Source: Phytomonospora endophytica (lineage in GTDB: Bacteria; Actinomycetota; Actinomycetes; Mycobacteriales; Micromonosporaceae). Taken from it: a stretch of DNA of 64,000 nt. The notes under the pieces were generated by a model that searched no databases, was not told the origin of the DNA, and was given only the letters and a program-made list of their open reading frames with translations. Numbering within the stretch: position 1 is the first letter of the stretch; each line of letters opens with the position of its first letter. A program made the translations under genes and the position numbers. Shown piece after piece: positions 30,963 to 40,129 of the stretch. The stretch is from positions 29,884 through 93,883 of the forward strand of contig NZ_JACHGT010000021.1 of NCBI RefSeq assembly GCF_014202425.1, in the 5' to 3' direction.

Positions 30963-33038
30963 ATGGAAGCGATCTCCACCGGACTCGGCGTCGTCATCGG
31001 CGTCGTGCTCCTCGTCGTCATCGTGCTGATCTTCATGATCACGCGCCTGTTCAAGAAGGTCGAACAGGGCAAGGCGCTGATCATCTCGAAGGTGCGGAAG
31101 GTGGACGTGACCTTCACCGGCGCGGTCGTCCTTCCGGTGCTGCACAAGGCCGAGCTGATGGACATCTCGGTGAAGACGATCGAGATCAGGCGGACCGGCC
31201 ATGAGGGCCTGATCTGCCAGGACAACATCCGCGCCGACATCCGCATCTCCTTCTTCGTCCGGGTCAACAAGACCGTCGAGGACGTGGTGAAGGTGGCGCA
31301 GGCGATCGGCACGGCCCGCGCCAGTGACGAGCAGACCCTGCAGGAGCTGTTCAACGCGAAGTTCTCCGAGGCGCTCAAGACCGTCGGCAAGCAGCTCGAC
31401 TTCGTCGACCTGTACACCAAGCGCGACGAGTTCCGCGACCGGATCATCCGCGTCATCGGCACCGACCTCAACGGTTACAGCCTTGAGGACGCGGCCATCG
31501 ACCACCTGGAGCAGACCCCGCTCAACCAGCTCGACCCGGCGAACATCCTCGACGCGCAGGGCATCCGCAAGATCACCGAGCTGACGGCGATCGAGTCGGT
31601 GCGCACCAACGACTACCGCCGCAACGAGGAAAAAGAGATCAAGCGCCAGGACGTCGACGCCCGCGAGGCGATCCTCGAACTCGAACGCCGGCAGGCCGAG
31701 GCCGAGATCAAGCAGAAGCGCGAGGTCGACACCATGCGCGCCCGCGAGGCCGCCGAGACCGAGAAGGTCCAGGCCGAGGAACGCCTCAAGGCGCACTCGG
31801 CCGGTCTGCGCACCGACGAGCAGCTGGACATCCAGCGCGAGAACAAGGCGCGCGAGGTCGCCGTCGCGGAGAAGAACCGCGAACGCGTCATCGCCATCGA
31901 GACCGAGCGCATCGAGAAGGACCGCCTCCTTGAGGTCGTCGGCCGCGACCGCGAGGTCGAACTGTCCACGATCGCCAAGAACAAGGAGATCGAGGGCGAG
32001 AAGCGCGCGATCGCCGAGGTCATCCGCGAGCGCATCGCCGTGGAGAAGACCGTCGCGGAGCAGGAGGAGAACATCAAGCGTCTCCGCACCGTCGAGGAGG
32101 CCGAGCGCAACCGGCAGGCCCTGGTCATCCACGCCGAGGCCGAGGCCCAGGAGGGTCTGGTCAAGGACATCAAGGCCGCCGAGGCGGCCGAGGCGGCGGC
32201 CAAGCACAAGGCGCGGGAGAACCTGATCCTGGCCGAGGCGCGGCAGCAGGCCGCCGAGCTGGACGCGCGGGCGAAGATCCGCCTCGCGGAGGGCACGCAG
32301 GCCGAGGCCGCGGCGGCCGGGCTCGCCGAGGTCCAGGTCCGCGAGCAGGAGGCCGACGTCATCGAGAAGTCGGGTCTGGCCGAGGCCGCGGCGGAGGCCG
32401 CGAAGGGCAAGGCCGCCGCGGAGGTCCTGTCGCAGACGGGTGCCGCCGAGGCCGCTGCGCTGGAGGCGAAGGGCCGCGCCGAGGCCGCCGCGCTGCGCGA
32501 GAAGCTGCGTGGTGAGGCCGAGGGCCTGACCGAGAAGGCCGCCGCGATGGCCGCCCTCGACGAGGCTTCGCGCGGGCACGAGGAGTTCCGGCTGCGCCTC
32601 GAAGCCGAGAAGGACGTGCGGCTGGCGAGCATCAACGTGCACCGCGAGGTCGCCGAGGCGCAGGCCAAGGTCCTCGCGACGGGACTGGAGAAGGCCGACA
32701 TCAACATCGTCGGCGGGGACGGCGCCTTCTTCGAGCGCGTCACCGGCGCCATCGGGATGGGCAAGGCCGTCGACGGGTTCGTGCGGCAGTCGGACGTCGT
32801 GTCGACGCTGGCGCAGCCGTGGCTCGACGGGAGCTCGGACTTCACCGAGGACATCACCCGGATCCTCGGCTCGGTGTCGAGCGAGGACGTGAAGAACCTG
32901 ACCATCTCCGCGCTGCTCGCCAAGCTCATCAAGGGCGGCGGGCCGCACACCGACAAGCTCACCGAGCTGCTCGGTGTGGCGCGGTCGATGGGGATCGCCG
33001 ACGCGCCCGTGGCGGCGCTGACGGCGGGACGGCAGTAA
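30963..33038 (+). CDS. Flotillin-family (SPFH/band-7) protein with long Glu/Ala/Arg coiled-coil
   Basis: N-terminal TM and SPFH domain, ~300 aa EA-repeat coiled-coil and a flotillin C-terminal region. Confidence 0.8.
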   Translation: MEAISTGLGVVIGVVLLVVIVLIFMITRLFKKVEQGKALIISKVRKVDVTFTGAVVLPVLHKAELMDISVKTIEIRRTGHEGLICQDNIRADIRISFFVRVNKTVEDVVKVAQAIGTARASDEQTLQELFNAKFSEALKTVGKQLDFVDLYTKRDEFRDRIIRVIGTDLNGYSLEDAAIDHLEQTPLNQLDPANILDAQGIRKITELTAIESVRTNDYRRNEEKEIKRQDVDAREAILELERRQAEAEIKQKREVDTMRAREAAETEKVQAEERLKAHSAGLRTDEQLDIQRENKAREVAVAEKNRERVIAIETERIEKDRLLEVVGRDREVELSTIAKNKEIEGEKRAIAEVIRERIAVEKTVAEQEENIKRLRTVEEAERNRQALVIHAEAEAQEGLVKDIKAAEAAEAAAKHKARENLILAEARQQAAELDARAKIRLAEGTQAEAAAAGLAEVQVREQEADVIEKSGLAEAAAEAAKGKAAAEVLSQTGAAEAAALEAKGRAEAAALREKLRGEAEGLTEKAAAMAALDEASRGHEEFRLRLEAEKDVRLASINVHREVAEAQAKVLATGLEKADINIVGGDGAFFERVTGAIGMGKAVDGFVRQSDVVSTLAQPWLDGSSDFTEDITRILGSVSSEDVKNLTISALLAKLIKGGGPHTDKLTELLGVARSMGIADAPVAALTAGRQ

Positions 33039-33041
33039 CGG

Positions 33042-33076
33042 ACGCGGGCGGGGCGGGCGCCTTCGGGTGCTCGCCC
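33042..33076. terminator. GC-rich stem-loop after flotillin
   Basis: GGGGCGGGCGCC-TTCGGGT-GCTCGCCCCGCC inverted repeat. Confidence 0.5.
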
Positions 33077-33080
33077 CGCC

Positions 33081-33132
33081 GGGTCGCCTGGGTCGCCTGG
33101 GTCGCCTGGGTCGCCTGGGTCGCCTGGGTCGC
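33081..33132. repeat. 9-bp tandem repeat (GGGTCGCCT) x5.8
   Basis: Perfect head-to-tail copies read directly in the sequence. The array ends at the first base of element X. Confidence 0.85.
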
Positions 33133-33262
33133 AAAACGTGAATCGCCCCAGGGGCCTCCCGGCCTCCGCCCTAAATTCGACCGTAGCCCGCCGTGAGGCG
33201 TGGGTGGCGAACGCGAACCGCCTTCCCTGTGGATAACCCACCGGTTATGTAGCCTGCGTGCT
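33131..33262 (+). other. Non-coding element X, copy 1 (about 130 nt); its 3' end carries attL, so the last ~16 nt are phage-derived
   Basis: About 85 % identical to the reverse complement of 59983..60110. Contains TTATCCACA (reverse strand, 33228-33236). The original 3' end GGTTGTGGACAACC is now found at 54811-54824. Confidence 0.5.
33233..33246. repeat. attL core ATAACCCACCGGTT
   Basis: Direct repeat of 54800..54813 (13/14 identical), lying exactly at the two ends of the phage gene block. Confidence 0.55.
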
Positions 33263-33841
33263 TCTGACCAGGTTCGGAGCGATTACGCCCGGTTCTGTGG
33301 CGTCGGTTTCGTACAGAACTATCCAGTTCGTCAAGAGCTGTTGGCGGTCCGGTGCTCCCGTGGGAGCACCCTCACAGTCGCCTAAGGCGTCGTCGGCGGC
33401 GCCTGCGGGTGGGGCGGGCCACTGAATCAGGCCGTCGTTGCCGAGCGAAAGCCCGGTGGGAACGGCGGTGTTGATCGCGAAGGCAACCCAATAGATCGTC
33501 CAGTTGCCGGTACTCGACCCGCGATAGGTCGTGACTTCCATGTTGGTGCGGGTTACCTGCCCGAGCGCAACGGTGTTGTTGTTCGGGGCGGTCGTGTAGC
33601 CGGTGACGAGTCCGACGACGTCGTTTCCGCCGTTGAGCGCGCGCGGGAATGTGAGTGTGCGGGTTTGGTTGCCGGTGGCGAGTTGGTTCACCAGGAACCG
33701 CCCGGCCATGATGTCGGTAGCCATCCCGAACGTGGCGAGCGCCGTTTCGGTGGCTTCGGCGAGTGCCCGAAACTGCGCCGGGCCGTTGGGCGGGTCGGTG
33801 CTCTCGGGGTAGGGCAGGGCGTATACGGGTGTGCTTCCCAT
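33245..33841 (-). CDS. Phage minor tail / hypothetical structural protein
   Basis: ATG 33839-33841 behind GAGGAGGAA. Last gene of the tail module, followed by hairpin GGTGCTCCCACGGGAGCACC. Confidence 0.4.
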   Translation of the reverse strand: MGSTPVYALPYPESTDPPNGPAQFRALAEATETALATFGMATDIMAGRFLVNQLATGNQTRTLTFPRALNGGNDVVGLVTGYTTAPNNNTVALGQVTRTNMEVTTYRGSSTGNWTIYWVAFAINTAVPTGLSLGNDGLIQWPAPPAGAADDALGDCEGAPTGAPDRQQLLTNWIVLYETDATEPGVIAPNLVRSTQAT

Positions 33842-33883
33842 GGCGCTTTCCTCCTCGGCTCTCATGGCGGGTGTGGGGGCGTT

Positions 33884-34663
33884 TTAGGGGGCGGACCAGT
33901 CGAGTTCCACGGCCCCGGATTGGGGGTCGGATGCCAGACCGGCGGCGGCCAGGAATAGCCCGGTGTCGTCGGGGGTGGCCAGCCCGAGCCCGGACACGGC
34001 GCCGTCGGCGAGGGACTGCGCCCATCCGGCCGGAAGGGGCAACCACGCTGCCTCGCCGACGGCGAGCGCACCGACGGCCGTCGGGCCGTCCACGATCGCC
34101 GGGGGCGCGCTCGTCGGCGCGGTCGCGGTGTGGGCGTAGGCGTAGACGGTCACGGGGCCTTGTGAGCCGCCGGGGAGGCGCCGGACCCAGATGCGCCCGG
34201 CACCGACGACGGCACCCGCGAGGGTGCCCGTGATGGCCGTGCCGTACCACCAGGCGCCTTGATTTGATCCGGCGCCGGATGGGTCGGATCCCTGCAACAC
34301 GTCGCGGCGGTCGGTGCGGGCCGAACCGTCGAGGTAGGACCCGGCGGCGGTGGCCGGGAACGTCGCTGTCCCGCTCGTCGGGGTGTCCGGCGGCGGGTTG
34401 GGGCCGGGGTCGGTGGTGGCGCCGAGCTTGCCCAGCGCGTACCACGTCCCGGCGGCGGTGGCGAGGATCAACACGACGTCGCCGACGGCGGGCGTGTAGG
34501 CGGCGAGATGCCCGACGGTGATCTCCCCACCGTCCAGGTTGACCGTGACGGCGCCGCCGTCCACGCCGGTCACGAGCGCGGTTCGCGCTTCTGTCGTTCG
34601 TGGACGGCGCAGGACGTCGGCGAGGTCAAGCGGCATCGCCGTCACCTCCTTCGGTGGGGTCAA
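33884..34663 (-). CDS. Phage minor tail protein (Gly/Ala/Thr-rich)
   Basis: Position in the tail module and composition typical of actinophage minor tail proteins. Confidence 0.4.
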   Translation of the reverse strand: MTPPKEVTAMPLDLADVLRRPRTTEARTALVTGVDGGAVTVNLDGGEITVGHLAAYTPAVGDVVLILATAAGTWYALGKLGATTDPGPNPPPDTPTSGTATFPATAAGSYLDGSARTDRRDVLQGSDPSGAGSNQGAWWYGTAITGTLAGAVVGAGRIWVRRLPGGSQGPVTVYAYAHTATAPTSAPPAIVDGPTAVGALAVGEAAWLPLPAGWAQSLADGAVSGLGLATPDDTGLFLAAAGLASDPQSGAVELDWSAP

Positions 34664-35789
34664 GGACGGTGATTCCGGATTCGAGCGCGCGGACGGTGTA
34701 GACGGCGGCGCCGCCTTCGGCGGTGAGCGGCATGTCGACGCTGACGAGTTGGCCGACGAACCGCAGGCGCGGGGTCGAGACGGTCACCGAGTCGAGTGGT
34801 TCGAGGAACGGGACGGGCACGGCCTCGATCCGGTAGAGCCGCTCGCGGCCCCTGATGAGACTGTCCATCCTGGTCTTGGCGGCGCGCTGCGCTTGCTTCA
34901 CCGACTTGATCAGCGGTGAGCTGTAGAAGGTCGGGACCCTCCCATAGGGACCGTCCCAGCGCGTCGGCGAGTTCGGGGTGACGTCGTAGGCGACGGCCTG
35001 CACGGCGGGCTTGTCGCCGTCGGCCTCGCCGCGCGCGACGACGGCGTTGTAGGCGCCGTCGCGACTGGCTACTTGCGACACTGCGAGCAGACCGCCGGCC
35101 GCGGTGCCCTGGAATGTCCACACGGGATCGGTCGGGGCCACCGGCGTCAAGGTGAGCGCGCCCTCGGGCCCGGCATATGCCTTGGCCTCCAAGGCATCGG
35201 CGAGCGCGGCCACGGCCTCCAACCTGGACTCCTCGTAGACGAGCCCGGCTGGTACCGCTTCGTCGGCGACGTCGAAGGTGGACAGCGGGAGCAGCCCCCG
35301 GCACAGGCGGCGGATCTCTGACAGGCACGTTGCGCCCCTTGGTGGCTTCCCGGCGGCGAGTAGCCGGGAGTCGTCCACAGCCGACATCCGGTCGAGGGCT
35401 TCCACCTCGATCGAGGCGCCGCCGGAGACCCAGGATCCGGCGCGGTTGCGGCGGTATGCCTCTTCGGCGTCGGTCTGCTGAATTCGGAACCAGCCCAGCG
35501 AGACCGTTTCGACGGCGCCGCCGGGGATGCGTACACCGCGCCGAATGTGCAGCTCTCCACCGAACGGGGTGAGCCCGTTCGCGCCGTCGGGGACGAGTTC
35601 GCCGGTCGGGCACGCGATCGTGCACGTGAGGCGGGCGCGGATGTCGTCGTCGGCGTCTTGCTGGACCTGTCCGTCTACAAGTGGCAGCCCGGCGGCGACC
35701 AGGCGCCCGGCGTACCAGAGATCGGCGGTCGTGACGACCTCGTGCGAGGCGGCCAGCGTCGCGGCGAACGCGCCGGAGTGGCCGATCAC
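34626..35789 (-). CDS. Phage tail protein (Tal/tip-like)
   Basis: GTGA overlap with the upstream gene. Sits after the Dit-like gene in canonical order. Confidence 0.45.
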   Translation of the reverse strand: MIGHSGAFAATLAASHEVVTTADLWYAGRLVAAGLPLVDGQVQQDADDDIRARLTCTIACPTGELVPDGANGLTPFGGELHIRRGVRIPGGAVETVSLGWFRIQQTDAEEAYRRNRAGSWVSGGASIEVEALDRMSAVDDSRLLAAGKPPRGATCLSEIRRLCRGLLPLSTFDVADEAVPAGLVYEESRLEAVAALADALEAKAYAGPEGALTLTPVAPTDPVWTFQGTAAGGLLAVSQVASRDGAYNAVVARGEADGDKPAVQAVAYDVTPNSPTRWDGPYGRVPTFYSSPLIKSVKQAQRAAKTRMDSLIRGRERLYRIEAVPVPFLEPLDSVTVSTPRLRFVGQLVSVDMPLTAEGGAAVYTVRALESGITVLDPTEGGDGDAA

Positions 35790-36598
35790 GCCGCACCGCC
35801 GGGGGCCGGGTCGCGCATGACGTCGAGCCACGTTGCCTTACCGGCGATGAGGTCGGCCCAGGTGTCCCAGTAGGCCACGACGTCGGCCCACACATAGGGG
35901 AAGGTCAGCAGGGACGGCGAGGGCGCGTCCACGGCCGTGAGCGGCAGTGTCCACACCCGACGCGGGTCGTCGCCGGTCTTCGGCGCCTGCCGCGTCTCCT
36001 CCACGTCGCCGACGAGCCAGTACCGCGCGGGCCACCCCCACGAGGGGTCCGGGCGGATCAGCAGCACCGGCACGGCACACAGCGCGCGCAGCGCGGCGGC
36101 GGCGGAGTCGGTCACGGTGCGGGCGACCATTTCAGACTCGGGCTCTTGACGTACCCCGATTACGGCAATCGCGGTCGCCGACAGCATCGGGCGCAGCACG
36201 GCCGCCGACCGGCCGTAGGCCATGCCCTCCCAGTCCACGACCTGCCAGCGTTGCGCGCTCTCGGGGTCGGTGGGGTCCTGCACCCACGGGCACCCGTCAC
36301 TGTCGACGGTGACCGGCTCGCTCGTCGGTCCCGGCGTCGAGGCGTTCCCGTCGGTGTCGTACCCGACGGCGAAGTACTCCACGGGCTGTCCAAACGGGAC
36401 CTCGTAGTCCACGACGAGCGCCGGGCCGGAGACCTCGATGCGCCACCCGCCCCGGACCGGCACGGTGCCCGAGGAGTCTTGCCGGTAGAGGGTGATCGTG
36501 GCGTTGTCGGCGCCGGGCGTGACGGTGATCTCCACGCGCGGGCACGGATCGGCGTCTTCGTAGGGGATGCAGGTGGGCGCGGCCGGTGGCGTGGTCAT
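35786..36598 (-). CDS. Phage distal tail protein (Dit)-like
   Basis: Immediately downstream of the tape measure gene and of the expected size (270 aa). Confidence 0.4.
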   Translation of the reverse strand: MTTPPAAPTCIPYEDADPCPRVEITVTPGADNATITLYRQDSSGTVPVRGGWRIEVSGPALVVDYEVPFGQPVEYFAVGYDTDGNASTPGPTSEPVTVDSDGCPWVQDPTDPESAQRWQVVDWEGMAYGRSAAVLRPMLSATAIAVIGVRQEPESEMVARTVTDSAAAALRALCAVPVLLIRPDPSWGWPARYWLVGDVEETRQAPKTGDDPRRVWTLPLTAVDAPSPSLLTFPYVWADVVAYWDTWADLIAGKATWLDVMRDPAPGGAA

Positions 36599-38160
36599 CG
36601 CGTGCTCCGTCCGGGCCGGGCCTGGATACGGCGGGCGAGCCCGAGGTTTTCGGCACGGATCTCGGTCTTGACCATGCCGGTCAACTCACGGTCTCCGATG
36701 TAGACGCGCACGACCGGCACCCGCAGCGCGGCGAGGTTCGTCGGCGACGTCGCCGACGGCGCGGCGCGAGCGGCGGTAAGCCCGGCCGGGGTGACGGCCA
36801 TGCGCAGTGTCGGGGCCGACTGCGAGGAGAAGATGTCACCGAACCAGCCGCCGACGTCCTTAAGCCAGTCGGGAACGGAGATGCGACCGAACCAGTCGAT
36901 CACGCTTTGAATCTTGCCGATCAGGTCGTCGAAGAATCCAGTGATGCCGGAGACCACGCCGTTGATCACGTCGAAGATCGCCGTCCACACCTTGTCGACC
37001 ATGTCGGCGCACCACTCAAACGCCTCCACGACGGCATCCACAGTGGTCTCGACGGCGACACCGACGGCGCGGAACACAGCCTGAACGATCTTGCGGAAGG
37101 TCTCCGACCGCTGGTAGGCGATGACCACGGCGGCGACCAGGGCGACGATGGCCAGGATGATGAGGTTGATCGGGCTGGCGGCTTGGGCGGCGTTGAGAAG
37201 CCACTGAGCAGCCGTCCACGCGATCGTCGCCACCCGGATCACACCGAGGACGACGGCGTAGGCCGTGAGGGCGGCGACGATGCCGCCGATGATCGGCAGG
37301 AGCACTTGCGCCGCCGTCGAGGTGCCGGTGAGCCACTCCACGAAGGACTGAACCCCGTCGGCGGTGGCGAGTACGGCGGGGATGAGGTTGTCTCCGATGA
37401 ACGACGTCACGGCCGTCAAGGCCGGTAGCATCCGTTCGCCGAGTTCGGCCGATGCGTTGGCGAACGCGGCGGTCGCCTGCTGCTGTGCTCCGGCGGCGGT
37501 GTCGGACTCCCTGGCGAAGGCGCCTTGCGCGTCGGCGGTCTGTTCGGCGAGCAGTGCGAGCGTGGCTTGTGCGGTCGCGTTGCGCTGCGCGGCATCGGTG
37601 GACGTGTCGAGCCCCAACGCGGCGATGCGCGCGTTGACGGCGGCCTGTGAGATCGACACGCCGTACTGTTCGATCGGGTCGCGCTCTCCACGTAGGAGTG
37701 ACGACAAGGCTTCCACGGCTTGCGAGGTGGGGCCGCCGAACTGTGCGGCGAGGTCGGCGCCGATGGTGACGAGCTGGTCAGTTTGCCCGGCGAGCGCGTC
37801 GAGCGGAACGCCCATGTTCTTCAACTGCGAACCGAGGACGGCCGACAGTTGCCCGTACTGGGCCCGGGACAGGCCGACGGCTTCGGCGGCGGCGTCGGCG
37901 AAGCCTCGCACCTGTCCGGCGGCGCCCTTGAAAACCGAGTCCACCGCGCCCATGGCCTGCTGAGCGTCGGAGGCGGCCGTCAAGGCGTCCTGCCCGAACT
38001 GCAACAGACCGTCCACAGCGAACGCCCCGGCGGCCACGGACGCCACGTTGCGGATGGTGCGCCCCAGGCCGTTGATCGCGCGGTCGCTGGTGTTGGTCGC
38101 GTTCACGAAGGACTGCGACTTGCCGATGATGTTGACGACCAGCGTTGCGGGCTTTCCCAC
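36595..38160 (-). CDS. Phage tail tape measure protein (521 aa)
   Basis: Ala/Gln-rich helical N-terminal half, central TM-like hydrophobic segments, and position after the chaperone genes. Confidence 0.7.
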   Translation of the reverse strand: MGKPATLVVNIIGKSQSFVNATNTSDRAINGLGRTIRNVASVAAGAFAVDGLLQFGQDALTAASDAQQAMGAVDSVFKGAAGQVRGFADAAAEAVGLSRAQYGQLSAVLGSQLKNMGVPLDALAGQTDQLVTIGADLAAQFGGPTSQAVEALSSLLRGERDPIEQYGVSISQAAVNARIAALGLDTSTDAAQRNATAQATLALLAEQTADAQGAFARESDTAAGAQQQATAAFANASAELGERMLPALTAVTSFIGDNLIPAVLATADGVQSFVEWLTGTSTAAQVLLPIIGGIVAALTAYAVVLGVIRVATIAWTAAQWLLNAAQAASPINLIILAIVALVAAVVIAYQRSETFRKIVQAVFRAVGVAVETTVDAVVEAFEWCADMVDKVWTAIFDVINGVVSGITGFFDDLIGKIQSVIDWFGRISVPDWLKDVGGWFGDIFSSQSAPTLRMAVTPAGLTAARAAPSATSPTNLAALRVPVVRVYIGDRELTGMVKTEIRAENLGLARRIQARPGRSTR

Positions 38161-38173
38161 GGCGCACCTCCTC

Positions 38174-38491
38174 TCATCCCTTGCGGCGGGCGCGCTTGTG
38201 CGCCTCGTTCACCTCGTCCAGGACGGCGACCATCGCGCGCGCCTCACCAACGGTCAGGTCTCGCAGATCGACCGGGGAGCACTGGAAGGCGTAGGCCAGA
38301 CGCGCGCGGTTCATCACGCCGCCGCCGGGGTCCGTGTAGGGTCCGGCGGCTCCGCGTCCTCGTCGGCGTCCTCGCCGTCGGCGTCGTCCTCGTCGGACAG
38401 TGCGGCGACCTTCTGCCATCCGGCCATGGACCCGTTGTTGTAGATGTCGGTCAGCGACACCGGCTGTCCGGCGCGGGTCCGTGCCGACCAC
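38174..38491 (-). CDS. Putative -1 frameshift extension of tail assembly chaperone (GT-like)
   Basis: The ORF is in the -1 frame relative to the G-like gene and overlaps its last ~180 nt, matching the conserved G/GT arrangement. No canonical slippery heptamer was identified. Confidence 0.35.
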   Translation of the reverse strand: MVGTDPRRTAGVADRHLQQRVHGRMAEGRRTVRRGRRRRRGRRRGRGAAGPYTDPGGGVMNRARLAYAFQCSPVDLRDLTVGEARAMVAVLDEVNEAHKRARRKG

Positions 38492-38703
38492 TCCAGGACG
38501 GCGAGCCGCTTGCCGGGCTTGAGGTTCGCGCCGAACAGGTCGACGTTGGTCACGCGCTTGATGCGGTCCACTTCTGCGTACGACAGCTGGTCGAGTGACG
38601 GAACCTCGATGGGCCCGTACCTGTCCTGAATGGATTCCGTGGCGCCGGAGCCGGTCTCGGCCGGCACCGCATTGCGGGGGCTGGATCCCTTACGTGTAGC
38701 CAT
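38314..38703 (-). CDS. Tail assembly chaperone (G-like)
   Basis: Small acidic protein just upstream of the TMP. Its 3' part overlaps the -1-frame ORF 38174..38491. Confidence 0.5.
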   Translation of the reverse strand: MATRKGSSPRNAVPAETGSGATESIQDRYGPIEVPSLDQLSYAEVDRIKRVTNVDLFGANLKPGKRLAVLEWSARTRAGQPVSLTDIYNNGSMAGWQKVAALSDEDDADGEDADEDAEPPDPTRTPAAA

Positions 38704-38706
38704 TTC

Positions 38707-39093
38707 TCACACTCCCCTTACGGTGTCGCAGATGGACTGCATGTCTCGGAAAAACGCGGCCAGCCACAGCGCCTCGGTCGCGCGGGCGGCGTCGGACAGG
38801 AACGGTTGCGCGGCGATGCCCCGGCGCGGCCATCCCCAGTGGATCGGCGCGGCGTAGGGGACCCGGGCGCCTCCGGCGCGCACCACGGCCGCACCAACGG
38901 CGCGGTTGCCGCGCACGGACGCGGCGAGCCGTCCCGTGCGGCGGGGCGCGGCGGCGGCCCCGGCGCGAGCGACGATCGCGGCGGCGGCGGCGTTGGCGTC
39001 CTTGAGGTCGGCGGCATCGGCCCCCGCCTTACGCAAGGTGCGCCGTAGCTGCGCGGCGCCGTCCACGTCGATCGTGAACGCCTCGCGGGCCAT
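38707..39093 (-). CDS. HK97 gp10-like tail-completion family protein
   Basis: Product MAREAFTIDVDGAAQLRRTLRKAG…PRRTGRLAASV…VPYAAPIHWGWP resembles the HK97 gp10 family. Confidence 0.45.
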   Translation of the reverse strand: MAREAFTIDVDGAAQLRRTLRKAGADAADLKDANAAAAAIVARAGAAAAPRRTGRLAASVRGNRAVGAAVVRAGGARVPYAAPIHWGWPRRGIAAQPFLSDAARATEALWLAAFFRDMQSICDTVRGV

Positions 39094-39776
39094 CACCCGC
39101 CCCCGCCGCCGGTGTAGGGCAGGGTCACAGACTTTGTGGCGGAGGCTCCACTCTGGCCGGTGACCTTGACGGTGAACGTGTTCGGCTCGGTGTAGAGGTG
39201 GCTGGCGGTTCCCGCGTCGGGGGTGTCGGTGGTGTCGTCGCCTTTGTCGCGGGCGTCGCCGAAGGCGATCGCGGCCGGGCCGCCGGAGACCACGGTGACC
39301 TTGACGGTCATGCGCGTGGTGTCGGTGGTGTCCTCCTCGGCGGTGAACACCGGGGCGGCGGGGAAGGCCCGGTCTACCTCCCCGATCACCGGAAGCTCCA
39401 GATCGGACGTGAGCTGTGCGGCCACGTCGCCGCCGATGTCGCCAAGACGGCATTGCACGCGCCCGGTGTAGGTCGGGCCGCCGTCGCTGTTGGGCGTCCA
39501 GGTGAAGGCCACGACCTCGGTTTCGTTGTCCCACAGGAAGTTGATGAACCCGTTGGGGTCGTCGAAGTCCTGTACAGCGGTGACCTTGAGCGTGCGGCCC
39601 GTCTTGAGCGTCGGGGCGTCGGAGTCGCCACAAAGGACCTCCAAGACTTCGCCGTCCTCCTCGTACTCCGTCGAGAGAGTGACGTTGGTGGGCTGGCACG
39701 AGAAGTCCACGGCGATCCCGCCGTCGGGGGTCAAGGTGAGCTTGCCCTTCTTGAGGCGGCTCTTGGTGATCGTCAT
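39093..39776 (-). CDS. Putative major tail protein with C-terminal Ig-like domain
   Basis: A 227-aa beta-rich protein with a Thr/Asp-rich C-terminal Ig-like repeat, in the major-tail position. Confidence 0.5.
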   Translation of the reverse strand: MTITKSRLKKGKLTLTPDGGIAVDFSCQPTNVTLSTEYEEDGEVLEVLCGDSDAPTLKTGRTLKVTAVQDFDDPNGFINFLWDNETEVVAFTWTPNSDGGPTYTGRVQCRLGDIGGDVAAQLTSDLELPVIGEVDRAFPAAPVFTAEEDTTDTTRMTVKVTVVSGGPAAIAFGDARDKGDDTTDTPDAGTASHLYTEPNTFTVKVTGQSGASATKSVTLPYTGGGGG

Positions 39777-39785
39777 CGGTTGCTC

Positions 39786-40127
39786 CTATGTGGTGACCTG
39801 CACGCGCACGCACGGCAGGAGGTTTCCGGCCGGGTCGGTCCCGGCGAGCTGGACGGGTTCGATGAGGTCGACTTGGCCGACCTCGCCGCACGCGGCGGCC
39901 AGCGCCGGGATAACGGGGTCCTCGGCGTCGACGACGGTTCCGTGATCGGCGCCTGCCATGACCACCCACACGTGCCAGACGACGGCGAGCGAACATCCGG
40001 TGAGGACGGTCGCCGACACCCACGACGGCCACCCGTCCCCGGCCTGCGGCGTGTCGGGCATGACCCGATACCCCGTGCAACCGGCCACCGTGGACACAGC
40101 GGCAGCGAGGTCTTCGCGGATGCCCAT
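39786..40127 (-). CDS. Head-tail adaptor-type small protein
   Basis: A 113-aa ORF with coding bias, between the connector and tail genes. Confidence 0.4.
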   Translation of the reverse strand: MGIREDLAAAVSTVAGCTGYRVMPDTPQAGDGWPSWVSATVLTGCSLAVVWHVWVVMAGADHGTVVDAEDPVIPALAAACGEVGQVDLIEPVQLAGTDPAGNLLPCVRVQVTT

Positions 40128-40129
40128 AA

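Noticed and set aside
33081-33132. 9-bp tandem array as a CRISPR array
   Set aside because: Unit too short, no spacers, no cas genes.
32819-33196. 125-aa ORF translating the tandem repeat as VAWVAWVAW…
   Set aside because: Artefact of reading through the terminator, the tandem repeat and X.
33131-33262. Element X as a tRNA, tmRNA or other standard RNA gene
   Set aside because: No cloverleaf, no T-loop GTTCRA, no acceptor pairing. It is not recognisably 6C, SRP or RNase P RNA. Left as an unclassified element.
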